This document shows, piece after piece, positions 1 through 8,957 of a stretch of 47,169 nucleotides of DNA. A model generated the notes under the pieces. That model saw only the letters and a list, made by a program, of their open reading frames with translations, had not been told where the DNA came from and did no database searches. The translations under genes and the position numbers were made by a program. The stretch spans positions 1-47,169 of the forward strand of contig CAMOKZ010000001.1 in the NCBI GenBank assembly GCA_946618155.1, written 5' to 3'. How positions within the stretch are numbered: position 1 is the first letter of the stretch; each line of letters begins with the position of its first letter. This DNA is from an uncultured Lachnospiraceae bacterium (GTDB lineage: Bacteria > Bacillota > Clostridia > Lachnospirales > Lachnospiraceae).

Positions 1-1220
1 AAGCCGATATGCTCTTCAATGAATTCCACGTAGCGGCGGCAGTTCTCCGGCAGGTCATCATAGTTTTTGATCCCGCGGATATCGCATTTCCAGCCGGGAA
101 GCGTCTCATAGACGGGCTTCGCATGGCGGAGCTTCACGGTCACCGGGAAGTTGTCCGTCACTTCACCGTCGATCTCATAGCCGACGCAGACCGGGATCTC
201 GTCCAGATAGCCCAGCACATCCAGCACCGTGAAGGCGACGTCCGTGGCGCCCTGCATGCGGCAGCCGTACTTGGACGCTACGCAGTCGAACCAGCCCATT
301 CTCCTGGGACGGCCCGTGGTCGCGCCGTACTCTCCGCCGTCTCCGCCGCGGTTTCTCAGCTCATCGGCCTCCTCGCCGAAGATCTCGCTGACGAACTCGC
401 CCGCGCCCACTGCGCTGGAATAGGCCTTGCAGACCGTGACGATCTTCTTGATCTCATAGGGCGGAACGCCTGCGCCGATGGCGCCGAAGCCCGCCAGCGT
501 GGAGGACGAGGTGACCATCGGATAAATGCCGTGGTCCGGATCCTTCATCGTGCCCAGCTGTCCCTCCAGCAGGATGGTCTTGCCCTCCTGCAGCGCATCA
601 TAGAGGAATGCGGAGGTATCGCAGACATGGCCCTCGAGCATATCCCGGTAGCTGTGGAGCGTTTCCACGATCTCATCCGGGTCAAGGGGCGGCTGATGAT
701 AGAGGTTCTCCAGCAGGACGTTCTTGAGCGTGCAGACGCGCTCCGCCTTCTCCCGCAGCACTTCCTCATCCCACAGTTCGCTCACCTGGAAGCCGATCTT
801 CGCGTATTTGTCCGAATAGAACGGCGCGATGCCCGATCTGGTGGAGCCGAAGGATTTGCCGGCAAGTCTTGCCTCCTCGCAGGTATCCAGCAGAACGTGA
901 TAGGGCATGACCATCTGCGCCCGGTCGGAGACCAGGAGCTTGGGCGCGGGTACGCCCCGCTCAATGATTCCGTTATACTCCTCGAACAGCTTCGGGACAG
1001 AAAGCGCCACGCCGCTGCCGATCACGCTCACCGTGTGCTGATAAAACACGCCGGAGGGCAGGGTGTGGAGGGCGAATTTTCCATACTGATTCACGATCGT
1101 ATGTCCGGCGTTCGCGCCGCCCTGGAAGCGGACGACGATGTCGGCCTGCTCGGCAAGCATGTCCGTGATCTTGCCCTTACCTTCATCACCCCAGTTTGCA
1201 CCAACTACAGCCTGTACCAT
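1..1220 (-). CDS. purA: adenylosuccinate synthetase; C-terminal end cut by window edge
   Basis: Absent from the ORF track because it runs off the window. Reverse translation from the ATG at 1220 reads MVQAVVGANWGDEGKGKITD..., the PurA N-terminal GDEGKGK phosphate-binding motif. GGAGG lies about 10 nt upstream. The listed + ORF 9..1325 is its antisense shadow. Confidence 0.9.
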   Translation of the reverse strand, partial: MVQAVVGANWGDEGKGKITDMLAEQADIVVRFQGGANAGHTIVNQYGKFALHTLPSGVFYQHTVSVIGSGVALSVPKLFEEYNGIIERGVPAPKLLVSDRAQMVMPYHVLLDTCEEARLAGKSFGSTRSGIAPFYSDKYAKIGFQVSELWDEEVLREKAERVCTLKNVLLENLYHQPPLDPDEIVETLHSYRDMLEGHVCDTSAFLYDALQEGKTILLEGQLGTMKDPDHGIYPMVTSSSTLAGFGAIGAGVPPYEIKKIVTVCKAYSSAVGAGEFVSEIFGEEADELRNRGGDGGEYGATTGRPRRMGWFDCVASKYGCRMQGATDVAFTVLDVLGYLDEIPVCVGYEIDGEVTDNFPVTVKLRHAKPVYETLPGWKCDIRGIKNYDDLPENCRRYVEFIEEHIG

Positions 1221-1251
1221 CTTTTCATTTCCTCCCATTCTATGCATGTCT

Positions 1252-2685
1252 TCAGACAAGGATCTCGGAACGGATCCCCAGCAGGCTCTTTCTTTCCTCC
1301 AGCATGGGACCGACGACGTCTCTGACGTATTCCTGGGTCTGCCGTCCGGCGCAGCCCGTAAACTTTGACGGTTCCATCGCCGCTTCCAGCTTCTCCGGCG
1401 TCATGCCGAAGGCCGGATCTTTGGCGATCCACTCAAGCAGCGGGTTTTCCCCGCCCTCTTCCTTGACGATGCGGCCCGCTTCCATGGAGAGGGAGCGGAT
1501 CTTCTCGTGCAGCTCCTGACGGTCGCCGCCGGCCTTCACCGCATCCATCATGATGTTCTCCGTCGCCATGAAGGGAAGCTCGGCGCGCAGGCGCTTTTCG
1601 ATCACCTTCGGGTAGACCTTCAGGCCGTCCGTCACGTTCAGGCACAGGTCCAGAATGCCGTCGGTCGCGAGGAAGGCCTCCGCGATGGAGAGGCGCTTGT
1701 TCGCGGAATCATCGAGGGTCCTCTCGAACCACTGCACCGACGAGGTGATGGCGGGATTGAGCGCGTCCGTTATCACATAGCGGGCAAGGGAGGCGATCCG
1801 CTCGCTCCGCATCGGGTTGCGCTTGTAGGCCATGGCGGAGGATCCGATCTGCGTCTTCTCGAAGGGCTCCTCCACTTCCTTGAGGTGCTGCAGCAGGCGG
1901 ATGTCGTTGGACATCTTGTGGGCCGAGGCGGCGATGCCCGCCAGCACGTTGCACACCCTGGTGTCCACCTTGCGGGAATAGGTCTGTCCGGAGACCGGAT
2001 AGCAGCCCTCAAATCCCATCTTCTGCGCGATCAGCGGATCCAGCCTGCGCACCTTTTCGTAGTCCTGGTCAAAGAGCTCCAGGAAGCTCGCCTGGGTCCC
2101 GGTGGTCCCCTTCGAGCCGAGCAGGCGCAGCGTGGACATCACATACTCCAGGTCCTGGAGGTCGATCATGAACTCCTGGATCCAGAGGGTGGCACGCTTG
2201 CCGACCGTGGTGGGCTGGGCCGGCTGGAAATGGGTGAAGGCGAGGGTCGGCAGATCCTTGTAGGTCTCCGCGAAGCGGGAAAGCTGCGCGATCACGTTCA
2301 CCAGCTTGGTCCGCACGAGGCCGAGGGCCTCCTTCATCACGATGATGTCCGTGTTGTCGCCCACGTAGCACGAGGTCGCGCCCAGGTGGATGATGGGCTT
2401 GGCCTTCGGGCACTGCAGGCCGTAGGCGTAGACGTGGGACATCACGTCGTGGCGCACGATGCGCTCCCTGGCCTTCGCCTCCTCATAGTTGATCTCGTCC
2501 CGGTGCTGGCGCATCTCCTCGATCTGCTCGTCGGTGATCGCAAGGCCGAGCTCCTGCTCCGCCTCCGCGAGGGCGATCCAGAGTCTCCTCCATGTCCTGA
2601 ATTTCATGTCCGGGGAAAAAATGTACTGCATTTCCCTGCTGGCGTAACGCTCGGAGAGCGGGCTCTGATATCTGTCTGTGCTCAT
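1252..2685 (-). CDS. purB: adenylosuccinate lyase
   Basis: 477 aa. It starts MSTDRYQSPLSERYASREMQYIFS and carries the fumarate-lyase signature GSSAMAYKRNP. It ends 31 nt upstream of purA, consistent with a purBA operon. Confidence 0.93.
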   Translation of the reverse strand: MSTDRYQSPLSERYASREMQYIFSPDMKFRTWRRLWIALAEAEQELGLAITDEQIEEMRQHRDEINYEEAKARERIVRHDVMSHVYAYGLQCPKAKPIIHLGATSCYVGDNTDIIVMKEALGLVRTKLVNVIAQLSRFAETYKDLPTLAFTHFQPAQPTTVGKRATLWIQEFMIDLQDLEYVMSTLRLLGSKGTTGTQASFLELFDQDYEKVRRLDPLIAQKMGFEGCYPVSGQTYSRKVDTRVCNVLAGIAASAHKMSNDIRLLQHLKEVEEPFEKTQIGSSAMAYKRNPMRSERIASLARYVITDALNPAITSSVQWFERTLDDSANKRLSIAEAFLATDGILDLCLNVTDGLKVYPKVIEKRLRAELPFMATENIMMDAVKAGGDRQELHEKIRSLSMEAGRIVKEEGGENPLLEWIAKDPAFGMTPEKLEAAMEPSKFTGCAGRQTQEYVRDVVGPMLEERKSLLGIRSEILV

Positions 2686-2750
2686 AGTCCTCCTTTATGG
2701 CCGCCGCCCGGGCTGAGGGCCCGTTTGCCGGATTGCTGGTTAAAGGGCGC

Positions 2751-3542
2751 TTAGCATTTCGCACCCCTGCGGTACTCTTCCTTCAGTTCGGCCAGAACGG
2801 CCGGGATGTCTTCCGGCGCCCCGCGGCCGCCGTACTTTTCCGTGTACTCCTCGCCCAGATGGGCATTGTATTTCTGGATGCGGGTGATCAGGTACGCGTC
2901 CGCGCCCAGGTCCCGCAGCTTTTCCCCGTACTCCTCCTCGGAGAGGAACAGGGGCAGCACGCTCACGTAGCGCCGCATGGTCTCCTTGGTGCGCACCAGC
3001 TTCCAGGCGCGCAGGAAGCAGTCCGCCGCGTCCCGGAACAGGAACATCCTCGCCCTCGCGCAGCCCAGGTTGTTCCACACCGAAGCATAGAACTGGGTGC
3101 CGAGGCTCCCGGGGGTCATCCGCTCGAGCACCTTCTGGTACTCATGCACGGCGCTGCTGTACATGCCGCACTTGACCAGATAGTCCGCCTTCAGCTTGGC
3201 CCTCGTATCCTCCGGCTGCACCTCCAGCTTGCCCAGCTCCTCCTGCACCAGCCGCATCTGCTCCGGGTCGAGGTACCCGACCTCGCGGAAGATCAGCATA
3301 ATGAACTGCGTGATCGACCCCGATTTCTCCAGCTGGTCGTAGAGCTGCCGGTAAAGTTTTTTCAGGCCCAGTTCATCCCGAATCCAGTCGCAGAGCACCT
3401 CGTTGACGATGGAGCGGTCGATCAGGTACAGGTTTTCCCGCAGATAGAAGCACAGCTCCTCGGCGGAAAAGATATTGGTGCGGATGCTCTCGATAAAGTA
3501 GGGCTTCTGGGCACGCTTGATCTGACACAGGTCAAAACTCAT
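2751..3542 (-). CDS. hypothetical protein, helical/TPR-like; last gene of a three-gene cluster of unknown function
   Basis: 263-aa ORF with coding-like composition. It starts 12 nt after the stop of the upstream ORF. I recognise no catalytic motif. The central region (YLVKCGMYSSAVHEYQKVL...NNLGCARARMFLFRDAADCFLRAW) looks like TPR-type helical repeats. Confidence 0.6.
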   Translation of the reverse strand: MSFDLCQIKRAQKPYFIESIRTNIFSAEELCFYLRENLYLIDRSIVNEVLCDWIRDELGLKKLYRQLYDQLEKSGSITQFIMLIFREVGYLDPEQMRLVQEELGKLEVQPEDTRAKLKADYLVKCGMYSSAVHEYQKVLERMTPGSLGTQFYASVWNNLGCARARMFLFRDAADCFLRAWKLVRTKETMRRYVSVLPLFLSEEEYGEKLRDLGADAYLITRIQKYNAHLGEEYTEKYGGRGAPEDIPAVLAELKEEYRRGAKC

Positions 3543-3553
3543 TCTAGTCTACC

Positions 3554-4732
3554 TCACTCACGGCGAAAGCGGATCTCCCTCTTCCAGGTCTTCCCCGACG
3601 GCTTGTAGAAGCCGCCGAACCCCAGGTCCTCCACCTCGGTCACGCAGCAGTCTGCGGAGGTGAAATACACGGTCAGCCGAAGCCTCGTCGCCCGGTTGGG
3701 CCGGTCCGGAAAGCCGGTCAGCCGCAGCACGTGCGAGACCTCGTCGCCCCCGGTCATGGGCTTGGTGATGAAGCTGATCCTCGTCTCCCCGTCCGGGATG
3801 AACTCGCAGCTGTGATGGGCCTCATACCAGTTGACGCCCGCGGAGACGACCGGATAATAGGTCTCCCGCCCGCGGATGCGCATCATGATGCCCATATTCT
3901 CCCGGATGATGTCCGCCCCGAGGAACAGAAGTCCCGGGAGCGAAAGCTGCCCCGCCCTCTCCATCGCGGCGTAGCAGGCGCCCCTGGTGAACAGGTTCCT
4001 GCCCTGGAAGGCGTGGCGGTGAAAGCACAGGTACTGGAACGACCGGGGCGCCCAGCTGCGGTCGAAGTAATCCCCGATCAGATAGCTCGTGGTGACATTG
4101 CGCCGTTCGAAGACCTTTCCGAGCAGTTCATAGAACAGCCTGTCGCGCTCGCTGTCCCACTCCCTGTCGTTGCGGTTGCCGCGGACCGACTGGTCCATCA
4201 CCTGGGTCGCGGCGGTCTTCACGGTGACCAGCGCCGGCGTCGTCGAGCGGTCGATATGCAGGACGGAGCCCGTGATCAGGCTCTCCTCCTCGCTGTACTC
4301 GAGCAGCGCCACATCCCCGCTCCACAGCTCCCGTTTCTGGTTGACGGCGTAATAGAAAAAGCTGCTGCGGTAATCCTGCACGTAGATGTTCTTGCGCGGA
4401 ACGCCGAGCTTCTCCATGGCGCGGGGAAGGCGTTCCCCGGCCGGCCCGGTCAGCTCCGGCACCGTCATCATGACCCTCGCCTGCTCCGGTGCCTGGAAGG
4501 GCTCGGCGCAGCGCAGGCAGTCGCGGAGAAAGCTGACCAGGGGACCGTCCTCCGCCTCCTCCCGGGTGATGGCGTCCCAGACGCCCTCCGGGAGCGGGAT
4601 CAGGCAGCTCTCGTCTCCCTCCTCCATGCCGGTCGTGACGGGTTCCTTTTCCCCCGCCGCGTACCAGGTCACCTGGGCCCCGCTCCTGCACAGCTGCAGG
4701 CCGTACATGATCTCTTTCTTTTCCTGGGCCAT
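3554..4732 (-). CDS. conserved hypothetical protein (resembles DUF5716-type proteins of Clostridia; name from memory, unverified)
   Basis: The track ORF starts at a TTG (4750). I prefer the ATG at 4732 (MAQEKKEIMYG...), which is preceded by GGAGG and lies 15 nt after the upstream stop. The N-terminal half (MMTVPELTGPAGERLPRAMEKLGVPRKNIYVQDYRSSFFYYA) is reminiscent of Hsp70/actin-fold proteins, but no nucleotide-binding motif is evident. Confidence 0.6.
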   Translation of the reverse strand: MAQEKKEIMYGLQLCRSGAQVTWYAAGEKEPVTTGMEEGDESCLIPLPEGVWDAITREEAEDGPLVSFLRDCLRCAEPFQAPEQARVMMTVPELTGPAGERLPRAMEKLGVPRKNIYVQDYRSSFFYYAVNQKRELWSGDVALLEYSEEESLITGSVLHIDRSTTPALVTVKTAATQVMDQSVRGNRNDREWDSERDRLFYELLGKVFERRNVTTSYLIGDYFDRSWAPRSFQYLCFHRHAFQGRNLFTRGACYAAMERAGQLSLPGLLFLGADIIRENMGIMMRIRGRETYYPVVSAGVNWYEAHHSCEFIPDGETRISFITKPMTGGDEVSHVLRLTGFPDRPNRATRLRLTVYFTSADCCVTEVEDLGFGGFYKPSGKTWKREIRFRRE

Positions 4733-4746
4733 AATTCCTCCAAGTG

Positions 4747-7700
4747 TCAAAGGAGCGTGAACAGATGCTCCGTCACATAATCGAGCTGGCGGTAGTTTTC
4801 GATCTGCCGCGCGGTCTCCTCGTCATCCCCGCCGTCATGGGCGCGGATCATCCGGTTGAGCAGGGCGTAGCGGCCCTCCTCCCCGTCTCCGGCGCTGTAG
4901 GTGACGCGCCGGCGGTCCGATACCTGCACGACTCTCTCGCCGTCCTTCTCCTCCGCCCAGCACTCCAGCTCATCCCCCTCAAACAGGATGAACTCCCGCA
5001 CGAAGATTCCCTCAAAGCGGTCCTGCATCACTTCCTGGGTCCACTCTTTGGAAACGCCGGTGAACCGGTAGTGCAGCACCATGGTGTGCGCGGGGTCGGC
5101 GGCGTACTCGAGGAAGGTCTTGTCCTCCAGCTGATAGGGAAGCCGCAGCTCCCGCGGGAATTTGGTAAAGAAGGCAAACCGCATGCCCCGGCCGGCAAAC
5201 TCGGAGAGCAGCATGGCCGCCCGCCGCGTCTGATCCGCGTCCAGGGTATCCTGCTTCGAATAGTACCGGAGAAGGGCAAGGCGGCAGACGTCCTCCGTCT
5301 CCTTCTTCTGCTCCAGCATGCTCTCCACGCACTCGAACAGGGCCCCGCTCACCGGCATATCCCGGACAAAATACTCGTAGCACTTCAGGTTCAGGTAGGC
5401 CCGGCAGAGCTTTCTCCGTCCCATCTTTTCCCGGTAGGAAAGGAAGATCTGCTCGGTGCCCGCGGAGCCGCTGCCCGTAAAGAGCATCATGGTGAGGATC
5501 TTCTCCTCCAGGACCATGGTGTCGAGCTCGAACCTCCTGGCCGTGTGCCACAGCCGCTTCATCTCCTCCACCGGCCCGTCGAAGTACATCAGCAGGTAGG
5601 TGAGGATGTTGTTGTCATATTTCCCGAACCGGTAGCACTGCGCGCAGTAGCTGAGCAGCACCCGGTTCTCTTCATATTCCATGCCCAGGACAGTCTGGCT
5701 GCAGATGCGCACCAGCGTCATCAGGGGCACCTTCTCGCTGCCGTAGGTCTCGATCAGGCCGAAGGCCTCCTCGTACATGCCCTCCTGGGTCAGCAGGACC
5801 AGCAGCGTCTTCTTGTCCGCCCGGACAAAGGTCGGATAATCGATCCCCCGCAGGTAGGAAAACAGATCGTCCCGGCCGGGATCATCCGCGTAAAAGCCCA
5901 GCACGCGCCTGCGGAAGTCATTCCGGTATTCCGGGGTGAACAGATCCATCCCGCACGCCCGGATAAAGAAGGGCAGCGTCTCCTTGGTGAGGGGCGCGTC
6001 GTCCGCCAGCGACCCGCACATAAAGACGGCAAGACCGGGATGCTCCGGCACGATCTCCAGGCACCAGCGCAGCAGCTTCGGCGTATCCAGCAGCCGCTCC
6101 GCCATGTAGAGATCCGTGGAGGCGTACCAGTTTCCGTTCTCGTCCTGCATCAGGATGCGCGCGTCCTCGGTGTAGATCTGCACCTGGGCGTGCCCGTCGG
6201 TGAGGGTCGTCACCTGCTCCCCCTCCGTCATGCGGTGGACCACTGCGATGGAACGGATGCTGGGATTGCGGCAGGTCACCTCGAAGGTAAACAGGATCTT
6301 CACCAGATGGCTGGCCAGCGCGGGCGTCAGCATGCGGCGGTCGAGGAAGCGCTCGTAGAGCACAGCGAGATTCTCGTCGATCCGCCCCAGCTCCAGCTGC
6401 TCCAGCAGGAACTGCTCGATGGCCCCGCGGTAATTGCGGTAGACCTGGGGCACATATTCCCGGTTATCCGAGATATCCCGGTAGATCCTGGCCCGCTTGC
6501 GCCAGTCCAGGGTCGTATTGTAGATGAAGTACATGCGGATGACCTGCGGCATCCGCTCGATCCCGCAGTCCTCCATCGCCTCCATATAATATTCGTAAAG
6601 TCCCGTGATCTTCAGATCCCGGTTCACGGCCAGGCTGTACCAGCGGAAGCACGAGGGATCTTTCCGGTCCCCGGCGATCAGCTGGGTGCAGATGGCGGTA
6701 AGGCAGCTGTCCGTCGGCGAATCGTTCCAGCAGAGGGTGAGGAGCCGGCAGACCAGGCTGTTGTATTTGCGCAGATGCAGAGCCAGCGAGCAGACCTGCT
6801 CGGTCAGCTCCGGCGTCATCAGCCGCCTGCGCGCGGCGAAGATCAGGATCTTCTGTTCAAAGCTGCCCAGCCGGTGCAGCAGATAGGGCGCGTCCCTGAA
6901 GACCAGGAAGGCCTCCAGATAGAGAATGGGACTCGCGCAGCCGAGGGCGGTCTGGCGCGACACGGCTTCGATGCGGGAGACCATGTCCCGCTCGAGGGAT
7001 TCGTCCAGCATCAGCAGGACCCATTCCAGGACCCAGCAGTCCGGATTTGCGGCGAGGGTCTGGCGGACCTTCTCCGTCACGCTCCGCACATAGTCGGGAT
7101 CATTCTGCGACAGCGCGCTCACGAACAGATAGATGCCGTAGCGCGCCGGGGTGTCGATCCGCTGGGGACGCCGCTCGATGTCCTGCAGCATCCTGCGGCC
7201 CGCAGTCCGCTTATCCTCCAGGAAAAGAAGGCCTGTCATGAACAGCTCCGCGATCACGTCGCGGCCGCCCGCGTGCCGGTAGCTTTCGATCAGGCTGCGG
7301 GTGCGGTCGATCCACACCTGCTGCTCGATTCTGCCGAGACGATAATCCAGATAGACCTCGGTGCACTTGCGCCGCACCATGACCTGTACCCGGGCCGCCT
7401 TCGCGCTCTCGCCGGCGGCTCTCTGCGTGACCAGAACCTCGATCTCGAATTTCTGGTAGCAGGTCGTGATGAAGATCCTGCCGTAATTCTTCCCCGCGTG
7501 GAGGAAGTTCGTGTCGATGATATAGTCCAGATCGAACTCGCTGCCGACGAACTCGTCAGTGGTGACGATCTTCTTCTCCGGCCGCAGGAAACGGGTATCC
7601 GTCTGGATATCCATGCGCAGGAACCCCCAGCCGCTCTTGCGGATGCGGATGGACTCGCGCACGGAGCGGCGCAGGTTGTCAAAGGACACCACCGTCACCG

Positions 7701-8289
7701 GCACCGTCAGCGCCACCGGATCCTTGCAGTGCGTGCCGATCAGGAATTCCTCCAGGCTCTGGTAGCTGAAGGAGTTCACCTTCAGCGCGCGGTAAAGCAC
7801 CTCGGCCTCCGTTCCCCAGGAAGCCGCGGTGCGCTCAAATTTTTCACTGACAAAAAGCGGGTAGGCGCTGAGGAAATCGGTCTGCGCCAGCTGGGCGAAG
7901 GCCTCCTTCGTCATCGGCTCGCCGCTGCCCTGGTCGTCCTCGTCCGCCTCCAGAATCTGGGCGCGCACGGGAAGGGCGAACTCGCCCACGTCCGTGCAGA
8001 CGGTCAGGGTACCCTCGCAGACATCCCCCTCCTCCAGGCCGTTGGTGTCGATCTGGTAGTGGATCTCCGCGTTGTTGCTGTTAAACTCGGGCGGGTCAAA
8101 GGTGATTCTCGGGTCGGAGGCGTAGAGGAAACCGTGCACGCGGCGGCCGTCGGCCCGCACAGCGCGCAGAGTGCCCCGGAGCACCTCGCCCCTGGCGGCT
8201 GCCCTGTCGATCCGGTCCGGCGTCAGTACGACCCCGGGCCTGCTGTATGTAAATTTTCCGTTCAGCAGCTGCTCCAACCGTTTCTTCAA
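4747..8289 (-). CDS. large conserved hypothetical protein, 1180 aa (resembles DUF5717-type proteins; unverified)
   Basis: Uninterrupted 3.5-kb ORF with a TTG start at 8289, preceded by GGAGGGG 6 nt upstream. There is no in-frame ATG for more than 120 codons. No signal peptide, transmembrane segment or catalytic motif is recognisable. The 1220-aa + ORF 4744..8406 is its antisense shadow. Confidence 0.65.
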   Translation of the reverse strand: MKKRLEQLLNGKFTYSRPGVVLTPDRIDRAAARGEVLRGTLRAVRADGRRVHGFLYASDPRITFDPPEFNSNNAEIHYQIDTNGLEEGDVCEGTLTVCTDVGEFALPVRAQILEADEDDQGSGEPMTKEAFAQLAQTDFLSAYPLFVSEKFERTAASWGTEAEVLYRALKVNSFSYQSLEEFLIGTHCKDPVALTVPVTVVSFDNLRRSVRESIRIRKSGWGFLRMDIQTDTRFLRPEKKIVTTDEFVGSEFDLDYIIDTNFLHAGKNYGRIFITTCYQKFEIEVLVTQRAAGESAKAARVQVMVRRKCTEVYLDYRLGRIEQQVWIDRTRSLIESYRHAGGRDVIAELFMTGLLFLEDKRTAGRRMLQDIERRPQRIDTPARYGIYLFVSALSQNDPDYVRSVTEKVRQTLAANPDCWVLEWVLLMLDESLERDMVSRIEAVSRQTALGCASPILYLEAFLVFRDAPYLLHRLGSFEQKILIFAARRRLMTPELTEQVCSLALHLRKYNSLVCRLLTLCWNDSPTDSCLTAICTQLIAGDRKDPSCFRWYSLAVNRDLKITGLYEYYMEAMEDCGIERMPQVIRMYFIYNTTLDWRKRARIYRDISDNREYVPQVYRNYRGAIEQFLLEQLELGRIDENLAVLYERFLDRRMLTPALASHLVKILFTFEVTCRNPSIRSIAVVHRMTEGEQVTTLTDGHAQVQIYTEDARILMQDENGNWYASTDLYMAERLLDTPKLLRWCLEIVPEHPGLAVFMCGSLADDAPLTKETLPFFIRACGMDLFTPEYRNDFRRRVLGFYADDPGRDDLFSYLRGIDYPTFVRADKKTLLVLLTQEGMYEEAFGLIETYGSEKVPLMTLVRICSQTVLGMEYEENRVLLSYCAQCYRFGKYDNNILTYLLMYFDGPVEEMKRLWHTARRFELDTMVLEEKILTMMLFTGSGSAGTEQIFLSYREKMGRRKLCRAYLNLKCYEYFVRDMPVSGALFECVESMLEQKKETEDVCRLALLRYYSKQDTLDADQTRRAAMLLSEFAGRGMRFAFFTKFPRELRLPYQLEDKTFLEYAADPAHTMVLHYRFTGVSKEWTQEVMQDRFEGIFVREFILFEGDELECWAEEKDGERVVQVSDRRRVTYSAGDGEEGRYALLNRMIRAHDGGDDEETARQIENYRQLDYVTEHLFTLL

Positions 8290-8340
8290 GTCAGTCCCCT
8301 CCGGCAGCGGACATCATCCCCGCGGCGCTTTTCCCCCGCC

Positions 8341-8388
8341 GGGATAAAAGAGGGCTGCGCAGCAACATTTGTGTGCATCCGCAGCCCG
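8341..8388 (-). terminator. Rho-independent terminator downstream of nrdR
   Basis: On the minus strand, GGGCTGCG (8387..8380) pairs with CGCAGCCC (8359..8352) around a 20-nt loop. The hairpin is followed by TCTTTTAT. Confidence 0.6.
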
Positions 8389-8397
8389 CCTCCTACT

Positions 8398-8847
8398 TTA
8401 CTTTAATATCTTTTTCAGTTCATCCATGAAGGTGTTGACATCCTTGAACTCCCGGTACACGGAAGCAAACCGGACATAAGCGACGGCATCCAGATCCTTG
8501 AGGCCCTGCATGACCTTCTCGCCGATCTCCTTGCTCTCGATCTCCCGTTCTTCCCGGTTAAAGATCTCCGCCTCCAGCGCGTCGACCAGCTGGTTGATCC
8601 GCTTGATCGGCACCGGACGTTTATAGCAGGCCCGCATGATGCCGGCTTCCAGCTTTCTGCGGTCGTACTGCTCACGGGTGCGGTCCTTTTTGATCACGAT
8701 CATGGGAATGGTCTCCACCTTTTCATAGGTGGTGAAGCGTTTTCCGCAGTTATCGCACACACGTCTCCTGCGGATGCTTGTCCCTTCATCTGAAGGTCTC
8801 GAATCGACGACTCTTGTCTCGTCGAGGCCGCAATACGGACATTTCAT
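8398..8847 (-). CDS. nrdR: transcriptional repressor NrdR (zinc ribbon plus ATP-cone)
   Basis: 149 aa. [42 protein letters not shown] is the canonical NrdR zinc ribbon, followed by an ATP-cone. Confidence 0.93.
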   Translation of the reverse strand: MKCPYCGLDETRVVDSRPSDEGTSIRRRRVCDNCGKRFTTYEKVETIPMIVIKKDRTREQYDRRKLEAGIMRACYKRPVPIKRINQLVDALEAEIFNREEREIESKEIGEKVMQGLKDLDAVAYVRFASVYREFKDVNTFMDELKKILK

Positions 8848-8957
8848 TCCTGTTTTCCTCCCCTGTCCGGTCTCCCTTTAACCCCTCACAGTCCGCGCAT
8901 TTATCAGGGAAAGCGCAGTCTGTGCCTTTATCAGTATAACGAACAAGGCCGCCTGTG

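Noticed and set aside
4744-8406. Very long ORFs opposite the called genes: 4744..8406 + (1220 aa), 9894..12416 + (840 aa), 19090..21447 - (785 aa), 42183..44180 + (665 aa), 9..1325 + and 1507..2754 +.
   Set aside because: They mirror strands that carry clearly recognisable proteins (PurA, PurB, the GTPase, the FMN-binding repeats, the TIR/LRR protein). Their composition is Arg/Gly/His/Pro/Ala/Leu-rich and low-complexity with no motifs, and they lack convincing RBSs. Stop-poor antisense frames are expected in high-GC DNA.
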